Shown here one piece after another: positions 1 through 7,808 of a stretch of DNA of 39,650 nucleotides; positions within the stretch are counted from its first letter, which is position 1, and each line of letters begins with the position of its first letter. The position numbers and the translations under genes were made by a program. The notes under the pieces are model-generated. The model had not been told where the DNA came from, ran no database searches, and saw nothing but the letters and a program-made list of their open reading frames with translations. The stretch is from Escherichia phage pO91. The stretch lies in sequence record OR204650.1; one strand, 5' to 3'.

Positions 1-50
1 TCTATGAGTCTCTATCTGTATAGTGTTACAGTATAACATTACGTCCTACA

Positions 51-159
51 CCTACAGTCTAACTACCTACAGTCTAACTACCTACAGTCATTGACTCCTG
101 CTGTACCTACAGTCCTACAACCATAAGACGCTCACAGCCTACAGTCATAGACCTACAGT
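51..159. repeat. Left-end array of short direct repeats (CCTACAGT, 6 copies)
   Basis: CCTACAGT at 51, 66, 81, 106, 138 and 152 with irregular spacing; the position matches the short-repeat arrays next to the T7 terminal repeat. Confidence 0.6.
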
Positions 160-270
160 TCATAGACACAAAACTATAGACTTAAGGTCTAATACATGTT
201 AGTCAAAGACTATATCCTCTTACACCATGAGGCCGACGATAGCTCAATCAATATTATTTAAGATTACCTA

Positions 271-299
271 TTGACTATAGGTCTAGACTATGGCTTAAT
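271..299 (+). promoter_or_regulatory. Weak candidate sigma70 promoter (A1-like position)
   Basis: TTGACT at 271-276, 17-nt spacer, CTTAAT at 294-299; the -10 is a poor match to TATAAT. Confidence 0.25.
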
Positions 300-411
300 A
301 GCTTCCGTCAACACGACACGGCAACAACCGGATAGTGAAGACGCCGGGTCATCCCGGTTAAGTAGACAGCCTGATAAGTCATACGAACAACAGGCAGATG
401 ACAGAAAGTAG

Positions 412-441
412 TTGACAAGATGTACCGACTTAACGTAGTAT
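412..441 (+). promoter_or_regulatory. Host sigma70 early promoter (T7 A3-like)
   Basis: TTGACA at 412-417, 18-nt spacer, TAGTAT at 436-441; flanking sequence closely resembles the T7 A2/A3 promoter region. Confidence 0.6.
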
Positions 442-499
442 GTACCACATCGAAACAACGGTGATGACCAACACTGAAATGGTCTACCTGAAGTCCTCT

Positions 500-600
500 G
501 ACTGAAGGGAATGCTCTTTAACAATCTGGATAAACTCTTAATGTGCGCCGATAGCTAGCTTGCTAGCGATAGCGACTAACTACAGGGTCTTTAAGTCTAC
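500..600 (+). promoter_or_regulatory. Putative RNA processing region upstream of gene 0.3 (R0.3-like)
   Basis: GCTCTTTAACAATCTGG at 513-529 matches the T7 leader at the R0.3 RNase III site; adjacent GCTAGC-TT-GCTAGC palindrome. Confidence 0.3.
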
Positions 601-648
601 ATCTGAAGGCTCTGAATGATAGTCACTAACAACTGAGAGGATATAACT

Positions 649-1155
649 ATGGAACGTAACGCTAACGCATACTATGAACTGCTGGCTGCAACCGTTGAGG
701 CATTTAACGAGCGTATTCAGTATGACGAAATAGCTGAAGGTGACGACTACAGCGATGCACTGCATGAAGTCGTAGACGGTCAGGTTCCGCACTATTATCA
801 CGAGATTTTCACGGTGATGGCTGCTGATGGTATATACCACGAGTTTGAGGACTCTGGGCTGATGCCTGATACCAAGGACGTAACGCGCATACTGCAAGCC
901 CGCATCTATGAGGCGCTATATAACGACGTGTCTAATAGCTCGGATGTAGTTTGGTTTGAGGCTGAAGAGAGCGACGAAGAGGATGAGTATTGGGTAGTTG
1001 ACGCTAAAACAGGCGCAATAATTGAGCAAGCTGTATCACTTAACGACGCTATTGCACGTGCCAAAGACCTCTATGGGGTGGGGCATCACATGAAAGTCGA
1101 AGACATCAACGATAACGTAGTGTTCGACCCTGCTACTGAAGAGGACTGCGAGTGA
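649..1155 (+). CDS. ocr: Ocr-like DNA-mimic anti-restriction protein (T7 gene 0.3 homolog) with C-terminal extension
   Basis: First ~100 aa align with recalled T7 Ocr ([34 protein letters not shown]); acidic; GAGAGGA RBS; first phage gene after the early promoter; 168 aa versus 117 aa in T7. Confidence 0.85.
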   Translation: MERNANAYYELLAATVEAFNERIQYDEIAEGDDYSDALHEVVDGQVPHYYHEIFTVMAADGIYHEFEDSGLMPDTKDVTRILQARIYEALYNDVSNSSDVVWFEAEESDEEDEYWVVDAKTGAIIEQAVSLNDAIARAKDLYGVGHHMKVEDINDNVVFDPATEEDCE

Positions 1156-1310
1156 TGGTAACTTATGGTCTCTGTCAACAACACGTCAACACCGCCCGGA
1201 TTATGGTCAAGACCGGGCAATTAAACCATGATGCGACTATGCGATACCTGAAAGCGGTCTATGAGGGCCGCAAGCGTATACACGACAGTTTGCACGCTGA
1301 GGATAAACAA
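1155..1310 (+). CDS. Hypothetical early protein (51 aa)
   Basis: ATG overlaps the ocr stop (TGATG); ends with TGA 2 nt before the next ATG; not in the ORF track (under 60 aa). Confidence 0.4.
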
Positions 1311-1312
1311 CA

Positions 1313-1465
1313 ATGAAAATGTATAATGTGGTAGTGGTGAACAATAAAACAGGCGTTAAAGTGGTCATAAATGATTCACCGTTAACCCATTCAGAAGGCT
1401 GCGCTATGTTAGCTAAACTGACCAAATACGCCTGGAGAACCGAAAAATTAGAGCAAATCGGTTGA
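1313..1465 (+). CDS. Hypothetical early protein (50 aa)
   Basis: GAGGA RBS 8 nt upstream of ATG at 1313; hand-translated MKMYNVVVVNNKTGVKVVINDSPLTHSEGCAMLAKLTKYAWRTEKLEQIG. Confidence 0.45.
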   Translation: MKMYNVVVVNNKTGVKVVINDSPLTHSEGCAMLAKLTKYAWRTEKLEQIG

Positions 1466-1581
1466 CTTTCTGTAACCAAGATGACTACCGTAGCGGTAGA
1501 AGTGTAGGAGAGTGATAGACGAGAGGTCATCGACTGATAGGTGGCCTCAAAGATTACCACTTGCATTAATAGGAGCTAACT

Positions 1582-1668
1582 ATGAGTATTGGACATTTGG
1601 TATGCTTATCTCCGGTCATCTTTCTGATAGCTTGGGGGATATACGATTGTATTAAACGGAAATCACCA
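1582..1668 (+). CDS. Hypothetical small hydrophobic peptide (28 aa)
   Basis: AGGAG RBS at 1571-1575; ATG at 1582; stop overlaps the next start (ATGA); MSIGHLVCLSPVIFLIAWGIYDCIKRKSP. Confidence 0.3.
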
Positions 1669-1865
1669 TGAGTAGCGCACTATTGATAGCCATAGGCTAT
1701 GGACTTATCGCCTACGTGCTGGCGAAAGACATCAACAAAGCGCGTAAAGTCTACAAATTCAACTATGTACGTCTGGGCCGCTGGACTGTACGCCAACCTA
1801 ACGGACGATTCATGTGCAACCTCGCGAACGTCTGGGATATAGCAACCTTAGGGAGTAAACTGTAA
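1668..1865 (+). CDS. Hypothetical early protein with N-terminal hydrophobic helix (65 aa)
   Basis: ORF track; start coupled to the upstream ORF stop; N-terminus LLIAIGYGLIAYVLA looks like a transmembrane segment. Confidence 0.5.
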   Translation: MSSALLIAIGYGLIAYVLAKDINKARKVYKFNYVRLGRWTVRQPNGRFMCNLANVWDIATLGSKL

Positions 1866-2125
1866 TGAAAACCGTATACACTCACAAATCATCAAGCCGT
1901 AGCCGCATGGAGCAGGTCCAGCGCGATATGTTCTTACAGCGCCGCATGAGAGCAGAAGGCCATAAGTCCGAGCTGATGTGTCTGGCGTATGGTGGACGAC
2001 CAATCACCGACGATGGTAAACTTCTGGTCTCAGGCTGGAAGGCGATAGACCAACGGTCAACCATCAAGCACACGACTCATGGTGACTTCAGTCATCTTCA
2101 CGCTAACCCACTGATATGCAAGTAA
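1865..2125 (+). CDS. Hypothetical early protein (86 aa)
   Basis: ORF track; ATG overlaps the previous stop (TAATG); basic, no recognisable motif. Confidence 0.5.
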   Translation: MKTVYTHKSSSRSRMEQVQRDMFLQRRMRAEGHKSELMCLAYGGRPITDDGKLLVSGWKAIDQRSTIKHTTHGDFSHLHANPLICK

Positions 2126-2130
2126 TTCTG

Positions 2131-2153
2131 ACTTAACTATCACTATAGGACTC
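2131..2153 (+). promoter_or_regulatory. Phage RNAP promoter-like site upstream of the RNA polymerase gene
   Basis: ACTTAACTATCACTATAGGACTC; matches the window consensus except -14 T and +3 A; followed by GACTCAAGGTC and a GGTCT/AGACC hairpin. Confidence 0.5.
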
Positions 2154-2222
2154 AAGGTCTAAGACTCCAAGTGAAAGACCAAATAGACTTTAAGTGAAAG
2201 ACTAATAACAAGGACTTTAAGT

Positions 2223-4904
2223 ATGAGCGTCATCTCTATTGATAAACAGGACTTCTCTGATGTGTCGAACGCCATTGAGCCGTTTAACCTGCTGGCTGAC
2301 CATTATGGGCAAGACCTTGCAGTCAAGCAGCTTCAGCTTGAGCATGAGGCATACACTGAAGGCGAGCGACGTTTCATCAAGAACCTTGAGCGCCAGACTG
2401 AGCGCGGGGAACTGGCAGACAATCAGGTCGCCAAGCCTTTGATGCAGACTCTGGTCCCTAAGATTGCGCAAGCAGTCAAGGAGTGGCACGAAGGCCAAGA
2501 CGGGAAGCTGTCAACCTCTCGTCCGAGCGTAGCGTTCACCATGTTGAGCACTGAAGAGAAGGCCGTAAAGGACCGCTCTCTGCGCATCTCCTGTGAGTCT
2601 GCTGCGGTTATCATACTGAAGGTCATCCTCTCCAAGTTGGTCAAGCCTGAAGGGATACCGATTACACCGATGGCCTCCGCGATAGGTCGCACACTTGAGG
2701 ATGAAATCCGCTTCGGTCGAATCAGAGACAAGGAGCAGGAGCACTTCAAGAAGGCGATAGCTGAGAACCTGAACAAGCGAGCTGGGGTATCCTATAAGAA
2801 AGCCTACATGCAAGCGGTTGAGGCCTCCATGCTGGAGCAAGGCCAACTGGAAGATGCGTGGGGGACTTGGAGTCCTACCGAGTCGGTACACGTTGGCATC
2901 AAGATGCTTGAGATTGTCATCCAGTCTACACAACTGGTCGAGCTTAAGCGTTATGGTGCTGGTAATGTAGCGGCTGATGTCGAGATGGTCCATCTGTCAG
3001 AATTCTGGGTCAAGAAGATGGCACAACGTGGCTTCAACCTTGCGGGTATCGCGCCAGTCTATCAACCTTGCGTAGTTCCACCAAAGCCGTGGACTGGAGT
3101 CGTAGGCGGTGGTTACTGGGCTAAAGGTCGCAGACCGTTACCATTGATTCGCTTAGGGTCTAAGTCTGCGGTAGCACGTTACGAAGACGTGTACATGCCT
3201 GAAGTCTATGACGCTGTGAACATCATCCAGAATACACCTTGGAAAGTTAACAAGAAGGTTCTGGACGTGGTGAACATGGTCGAGAAGCTGAACAACACGC
3301 CTATTGATGACATCCCTCAGATGGAACCACTGAAGCCTGAGGACTATGCTGGTGAGACCGAGGAGGAACTCAAGGCATGGAAGAAGGCTGCTGCTGGTAT
3401 CTATCGCCGCGAGAAGGCCCGACAGTCACGCAGGTTGTCACTGAGCTTTATCGTTAACCAAGCGAACAAGTTCTCTCAGTTCAAGGCCATCTGGTTCCCG
3501 TACAACATGGACTGGCGCGGTCGCGTCTACGCTGTCCCGATGTTCAACCCTCAGGGTAACGACATGCAGAAGGGTCTCCTGACTCTGGCAGTCGGCAAGC
3601 CTATTGGTGCTGGCGGTTTCAAATGGCTAAAGGTACACGGGGCAAACTGCGCGGGTGTCGATAAAGTAACATTTGAGGAGCGCATAAAGTGGGTGGAGGA
3701 CAACCACGACAACATCATGGCTGCTGCTAAGGAACCTATGGATAGCATTGAGTGGTGGGGCAAGTTAGACTCTCCGTTCTGCTTCCTAGCGTTCTGCTTC
3801 GAGTATGCTGGCGTAATGCACCACGGCTTGTCTTACAACTGCTCGCTGCCGATAGCGTTCGATGGGTCCTGCTCTGGGATTCAGCACTTCAGCGCGATGC
3901 TTCGTGACCACATCGGTGGACATGCAGTAAACCTAACGCCATCAGGTAAGGTCCAAGACATCTACCGCATTGTGTCTGACCGCATCGAGGAGGAGCTTAA
4001 AGTCCTGCTTGTTAGCGGTACGGACAACGAGATGGTAACTCACGAGGACAAGAAAACTGGTGAGATTACCGAGCGCCTCAAGCTGGGGACACGAGAGCTG
4101 GCCCGTCAGTGGCTGACCTACGGTATGTCACGCAAGGTCACTAAGCGTTCGGTCATGACTCTAGCCTACGGGTCGAAAGAGTACGGCTTCGCAGACCAAG
4201 TTTACGAGGACATCGTGATGCCAGCGATTGACTCAGGGTCTGGCGCTATGTTCACCGAACCCAGCCAAGCGTCTCGCTTCATGGCTAAGATGATTTGGGA
4301 AGCTGTGAGTGTGACCGTAGTTGCTGCGGTTGACGCGATGAAATGGCTTCAAGGTGCCGCCAAGCTGCTGGCTGCTGAAGTGAAGGACAAGAAGACTGGC
4401 GAAATCCTGAAGCCATGCCTTCCGGTACACTGGGTCACTCCTGATGGTTTCCCGGTCTGGCAGGAATACCGCAAGAAGGATACCACACGTTTGAACCTGA
4501 TGTTCTTAGGATCATTCAACCTTCAGCCTACAGTCAACAAAGGAACGAAGAAAGAGCTGGACAAGCACAAGCAGGAGTCAGGCATTAGCCCGAACTTCGT
4601 CCACTCACAAGATGGTAGTCACCTCCGCAAGACTGTAGTCCACACGCACCGCAAGTACGGTGTGATGTCATTCGCAGTTATCCACGATAGCTTTGGGACC
4701 ATCCCGGCTGACGCTGAGTATCTGTTCCGTGGTGTCCGTGAGACGATGGTCGAGACCTACCGCGATAACGATGTGCTGCTTGACTTCTACGAGCAGTTCG
4801 AATACCAGCTTCACGAGAGTCAGCGCGACAAGTTGCCTGAGCTTCCGAAGAAAGGTAAACTGAATATCGAAGACATCTTGTCTTCAGACTTTGCATTCGC
4901 TTAA
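2223..4904 (+). CDS. Single-subunit DNA-directed RNA polymerase (T7 gene 1 homolog)
   Basis: 893 aa, collinear with recalled T7 RNAP over the full length (PFN.LADHYG, FPYNMDWRGRVYA, SPFCFLAFCFEY, GSCSGIQHFSAML, HDSFGT, C-terminal FAFA). Confidence 0.97.
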   Translation: MSVISIDKQDFSDVSNAIEPFNLLADHYGQDLAVKQLQLEHEAYTEGERRFIKNLERQTERGELADNQVAKPLMQTLVPKIAQAVKEWHEGQDGKLSTSRPSVAFTMLSTEEKAVKDRSLRISCESAAVIILKVILSKLVKPEGIPITPMASAIGRTLEDEIRFGRIRDKEQEHFKKAIAENLNKRAGVSYKKAYMQAVEASMLEQGQLEDAWGTWSPTESVHVGIKMLEIVIQSTQLVELKRYGAGNVAADVEMVHLSEFWVKKMAQRGFNLAGIAPVYQPCVVPPKPWTGVVGGGYWAKGRRPLPLIRLGSKSAVARYEDVYMPEVYDAVNIIQNTPWKVNKKVLDVVNMVEKLNNTPIDDIPQMEPLKPEDYAGETEEELKAWKKAAAGIYRREKARQSRRLSLSFIVNQANKFSQFKAIWFPYNMDWRGRVYAVPMFNPQGNDMQKGLLTLAVGKPIGAGGFKWLKVHGANCAGVDKVTFEERIKWVEDNHDNIMAAAKEPMDSIEWWGKLDSPFCFLAFCFEYAGVMHHGLSYNCSLPIAFDGSCSGIQHFSAMLRDHIGGHAVNLTPSGKVQDIYRIVSDRIEEELKVLLVSGTDNEMVTHEDKKTGEITERLKLGTRELARQWLTYGMSRKVTKRSVMTLAYGSKEYGFADQVYEDIVMPAIDSGSGAMFTEPSQASRFMAKMIWEAVSVTVVAAVDAMKWLQGAAKLLAAEVKDKKTGEILKPCLPVHWVTPDGFPVWQEYRKKDTTRLNLMFLGSFNLQPTVNKGTKKELDKHKQESGISPNFVHSQDGSHLRKTVVHTHRKYGVMSFAVIHDSFGTIPADAEYLFRGVRETMVETYRDNDVLLDFYEQFEYQLHESQRDKLPELPKKGKLNIEDILSSDFAFA

Positions 4905-4920
4905 CAGGAGAGAGAGAGTT

Positions 4921-5136
4921 ATGAAATTTGCACACAAGCAGGCTGGCGTTAAGGGCGGGACTCAAATCGTGACCGTAACAGAACACAACGGCAAGGGTCT
5001 GGTGAAGACCACGGTCATTCCTACCGAAATGTCAAAGCAGCTTAACGTCCCATTCAAGACCCTCGTCTATCTTGTGGAATCCAGCCACGAGAAATACCTG
5101 AAAGACGCAGTGTCCAAGCTGGAGCAGACCAAATGA
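4921..5136 (+). CDS. Hypothetical protein (71 aa) between gene 1 and gene 1.1
   Basis: AGGAGAGAGAGAG RBS then ATG at 4921; the track ORF starts 30 nt upstream, but this ATG has the RBS. Confidence 0.5.
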   Translation: MKFAHKQAGVKGGTQIVTVTEHNGKGLVKTTVIPTEMSKQLNVPFKTLVYLVESSHEKYLKDAVSKLEQTK

Positions 5137-5210
5137 CAGACCTACAGTTACTGGCCTTGTGGCTGGGAGCACTCGCAGTATTCACTTTAATACAACGCAG
5201 AAGAGGTTAA

Positions 5211-5233
5211 CCTAAACTATCACTATAGGATTA
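5211..5233 (+). promoter_or_regulatory. Phage RNAP promoter (phi1.1-like)
   Basis: CCTAAACTATCACTATAGGATTA; -16 to +2 match the window consensus. Confidence 0.75.
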
Positions 5234-5276
5234 GACTCAAGGTCATGACTCAAAGTCGTGGCCTTCATGATTAACC
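5231..5276 (+). promoter_or_regulatory. Conserved hairpin element, copy 1 (putative RNase III site, R1.1-like position)
   Basis: TTAGACTCAAGGTCA...TGGCCTTCATGATTAAC; 7-bp stem AAGGTCA/TGGCCTT (one G-U) at 5239-5245 and 5259-5265; same element at 12379 and 35600. Confidence 0.5.
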
Positions 5277-5306
5277 CTAAATAAACACTACTGGAGATTT
5301 AACCAC

Positions 5307-5486
5307 ATGTATCAGAACACTATCAACTTCGAGCGCATCCGTGAACGTCAGCAGACTGAAGATTACATTCCGAAGGGCCGCAAGCTGAACAAGACCAAGC
5401 GTGGCGGTGGTGTCAAGGGTGCTTTCCGTAACGCTGAAGGCAAAGACTCTCTGGTCAACCAAGAGAAATACTTCGTAGGAGCATAA
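5307..5486 (+). CDS. Gene 1.1-like small basic protein (59 aa)
   Basis: GGAG RBS; contains GRKLNKTKR as in recalled T7 gp1.1; under 60 aa so absent from the ORF track; the overlapping minus-strand track ORF is discounted. Confidence 0.7.
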   Translation: MYQNTINFERIRERQQTEDYIPKGRKLNKTKRGGGVKGAFRNAEGKDSLVNQEKYFVGA

Positions 5487-5490
5487 CGCT

Positions 5491-5754
5491 ATGGGCCGAC
5501 TTTATAGTGGCAACCTAAACGCTTTCAAAGCAGCGTGTAACAGGCTCTATCAGTTAGACTTCGCTGTCATATCTCAAGAGTTTCAAGACCATGTGTCACG
5601 CCAAGAGTGCATGAAACTCAGGGTGGAGGACCGAACTGGTAACATCTTCTCGCTTGAGTCCTTCGCACATTACGATGAAGACGTGCTGTATAATACTGCA
5701 ACCAACTACCTAAACGGTATCGCTGACCAACTCGACACATGGAGCAAAGCATAA
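5491..5754 (+). CDS. Gene 1.2 homolog (inhibitor of host dGTP triphosphohydrolase)
   Basis: MGRLYSGNLNAFKAA...L.VEDRTGN...HYDEDVLYN nearly collinear with recalled T7 gp1.2. Confidence 0.9.
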   Translation: MGRLYSGNLNAFKAACNRLYQLDFAVISQEFQDHVSRQECMKLRVEDRTGNIFSLESFAHYDEDVLYNTATNYLNGIADQLDTWSKA

Positions 5755-6794
5755 TGACAACTATCAAAACCAACCCACACCGCGCTGTAGATTACTCTGA
5801 GTCTGGCATTAAGAAGGCACTGGAAGCAGCAGGGTCTCTGGAAGCTGAAGTGAAGTACGACGGTGTGCGGCTAAACCTCATGGTACTGCGTGAAGGTGAG
5901 ACCTACTGGCTGAGCCGTGAGTCGAAACCTCTGCCCGCCTTGGAGTGGATGAACTCTGAGCTAGGAAATGCGTGGACCCAAGCTGAATGGCGATGGTTCC
6001 TGCGTCAAGCTGGTTATGAAGGTATTGGCTTAATGATTGACGGCGAAGTCATGATCAAAGGTGTGGACTTCAACACCTCCTCAGGTATCATCCGAACGAA
6101 GTGGCTCAAGCCTAACAACGAGGAGTTCGCTGAATACTATCCGACGGGCACTGGAAAGAAGCTCCCGTTCTGGGGTGCCCGGTCACGACTTCAGGTTGTG
6201 GTCTACGGTGTCATCGACATGACAATCATTGCTGATCCGAAAGCCGAAGGTCCTATCCATAGCGTCACTCGCCTGAAGGCAGAAGCTATCGTCCCTCTCC
6301 TCCAGAAATACTTCCCGGAAATCGACTGGGTTCTGTCTGAGTCACACACGGTCTATGACCTTGAGTCGCTCAACTCCCTGTACGAAGAGAAGCGTCTGGA
6401 AGGACATGAGGGTCTGGTAGTCAAGGACCCACTTGGTAAATACAAGCGCGGCAAGAAGTCAGGCATGTGGAAAATGAAGCCGGAGGACACCATTGATGGT
6501 ATTGTGGTCGGACTGAATTGGGGGACTGAAGGTCTCGCCAACGAAGGTAAGGTGATTGGGTTCGACGTTCTGCTTGAGAATGGCATGGTAGTTGCTGCTA
6601 ACAATATCTCTCAGGCTATGATGGATGAGTTCACTGAGGCAGTGCGTCACGCTGAGTCAATTGGCATGGGGATGCCTTACACCAACTTTCAGTGTGAAGT
6701 ATCCTACATGGAGATGACACCAGATGGCTCCTTACGTCACCCTAGCTTCAAGTGCTGGCGCGGGACGGAAGATAACCCGACAATTAAGAGCTAA
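5754..6794 (+). CDS. ATP-dependent DNA ligase (T7 gene 1.3 homolog)
   Basis: Adenylation motif KYDGVR, then EGHEGLVVKDP, YKRGKKSGMWKMKPE, PDGSLRHPSF; ATG at 5754 overlaps the gene 1.2 stop. Confidence 0.95.
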   Translation: MTTIKTNPHRAVDYSESGIKKALEAAGSLEAEVKYDGVRLNLMVLREGETYWLSRESKPLPALEWMNSELGNAWTQAEWRWFLRQAGYEGIGLMIDGEVMIKGVDFNTSSGIIRTKWLKPNNEEFAEYYPTGTGKKLPFWGARSRLQVVVYGVIDMTIIADPKAEGPIHSVTRLKAEAIVPLLQKYFPEIDWVLSESHTVYDLESLNSLYEEKRLEGHEGLVVKDPLGKYKRGKKSGMWKMKPEDTIDGIVVGLNWGTEGLANEGKVIGFDVLLENGMVVAANNISQAMMDEFTEAVRHAESIGMGMPYTNFQCEVSYMEMTPDGSLRHPSFKCWRGTEDNPTIKS

Positions 6795-6805
6795 CTAAAT
6801 GTCAA

Positions 6806-6842
6806 CCCAGTGGTCTTAGGACTGCTGGGTTTCTTTGCTTTG
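6806..6842 (+). terminator. Rho-independent terminator after the ligase gene (T7 TE-like)
   Basis: 10-bp stem CCCAGTGGTC/GACTGCTGGG (two G-U) with TTAG loop, followed by TTTCTTTGCTTT; same position as T7 TE. Confidence 0.7.
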
Positions 6843-6877
6843 TGCTAGCAAGCTATCGTCTTGGCCACCAGCTAGAC

Positions 6878-6900
6878 CCTAAGCTATCACTATAGGACAA
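6878..6900 (+). promoter_or_regulatory. Phage RNAP promoter (variant, -12 G)
   Basis: CCTAAGCTATCACTATAGGACAA. Confidence 0.65.
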
Positions 6901-6924
6901 CCATCAACAACATAAGGAGACGCT

Positions 6925-7185
6925 ATGTCTAAGAACTTAATGTTCAACCGTTATTCCAATACCTTCCACCTGTCCAACAACCCGTTCGCTTGCATTAAAA
7001 GTAACGAGAAACTGGGCTACTTCGGGAAGGCAGTTAAGTTGTCACCTACAGTCTATGCTCTGATTACTCCGGGAAAAGCTGAAGAGGCTCGCCAGAAGCG
7101 TGCGACCGTCGTACCTGTGGTATACACAAAGTGGCCTCGCGTTCGTCTACTCATTGAGTACGTGAAGGAGGTGGTAAATGACTAA
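6925..7185 (+). CDS. Hypothetical protein at the gene 1.6 position
   Basis: ORF track; AGGAGA RBS; assignment by synteny only. Confidence 0.65.
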   Translation: MSKNLMFNRYSNTFHLSNNPFACIKSNEKLGYFGKAVKLSPTVYALITPGKAEEARQKRATVVPVVYTKWPRVRLLIEYVKEVVND

Positions 7186-7513
7186 GCACAAGAAGTGGTG
7201 CCACTCTGACCTTAGCTTCGCTTCGTACGACCGCAGTGCTATTAACAGCATCATCGCCGCGTGTAGTAAAGATGACGGGGTTCGCAAGCCATCTCACTAT
7301 CAGGTCTTTGATGGCGTGGAATCCATTGAGATTATCGCACGGTCAATGACTGTGAGTGAGTTTCGTGGGTTCTGCATGGGGAACGTCCTGAAGTATCGAC
7401 TCCGGGCTGGCAAGAAGTCAGAGCTAGCTACTATGGAGAAGGACCTAAACAAAGCAGCCTTCTATCAGGAGCTGTTCGACCTACATAAAGGTAAGTGCTA
7501 TGCTACCAAGTGA
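7178..7513 (+). CDS. Gene 1.7-like protein (C-terminal domain of T7 nucleotide kinase gp1.7 only)
   Basis: KPSHYQVFDGVESIEIIARSMTVSEFRGFCMGNVLKYRLRAGKKSEL...FYQELF...KCYA aligns with the C-terminal ~75 aa of recalled T7 gp1.7; 111 aa versus 196 in T7. Confidence 0.75.
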   Translation: MTKHKKWCHSDLSFASYDRSAINSIIAACSKDDGVRKPSHYQVFDGVESIEIIARSMTVSEFRGFCMGNVLKYRLRAGKKSELATMEKDLNKAAFYQELFDLHKGKCYATK

Positions 7514-7595
7514 GTGGGCTGAGAGAAAATTTGAGGAGACAGGTAACGTCGATTACCTTCAGCTCTACAACTTATGGAAGGAGCGCGGTTTATGA
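7500..7595 (+). CDS. Possible small ORF (31 aa)
   Basis: ATG overlaps the end of the preceding gene and the stop overlaps the gene 2 start; no other support. Confidence 0.25.
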   Translation: MLPSEWAERKFEETGNVDYLQLYNLWKERGL

Positions 7596-7750
7596 CTGAG
7601 GTTGAGAAGAAATACATCGTGGAGCTTGAGGGTCGCGTTCAGTCCTTCGAGGTTCCGGTGTACGCAAAGTCTCTTGAAGAGGCTACCCTGAAGTCCCAAG
7701 AGTATGAGGACGCTGGGTTTGTGGTCGGACGGATTCGTCCTGAGACCTAA
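7592..7750 (+). CDS. Gene 2 homolog (inhibitor of host RNA polymerase)
   Basis: 52 aa; [15 protein letters not shown]...[10 protein letters not shown] matches recalled T7 gp2 (HSFEVPIYAETLDEA...AGFEVTRVRP). Confidence 0.8.
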   Translation: MTEVEKKYIVELEGRVQSFEVPVYAKSLEEATLKSQEYEDAGFVVGRIRPET

Positions 7751-7768
7751 ACTATCACTGTAGGACAG
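7746..7768 (+). promoter_or_regulatory. Phage RNAP promoter (phi2.5-like, variant -3 G)
   Basis: CCTAAACTATCACTGTAGGACAG overlapping the gene 2 stop. Confidence 0.6.
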
Positions 7769-7808
7769 ACGTCCAGTTCGTAACTTTTAAATTAGGAGAT
7801 TTACACCA

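Noticed and set aside
51-159. Possible CRISPR array suggested by the regularly recurring CCTACAGT motif
   Set aside because: The repeats are only 8 nt with 7-24 nt irregular spacing, there are no cas genes, and the arrangement mirrors the known short-repeat arrays at T7 genome ends.
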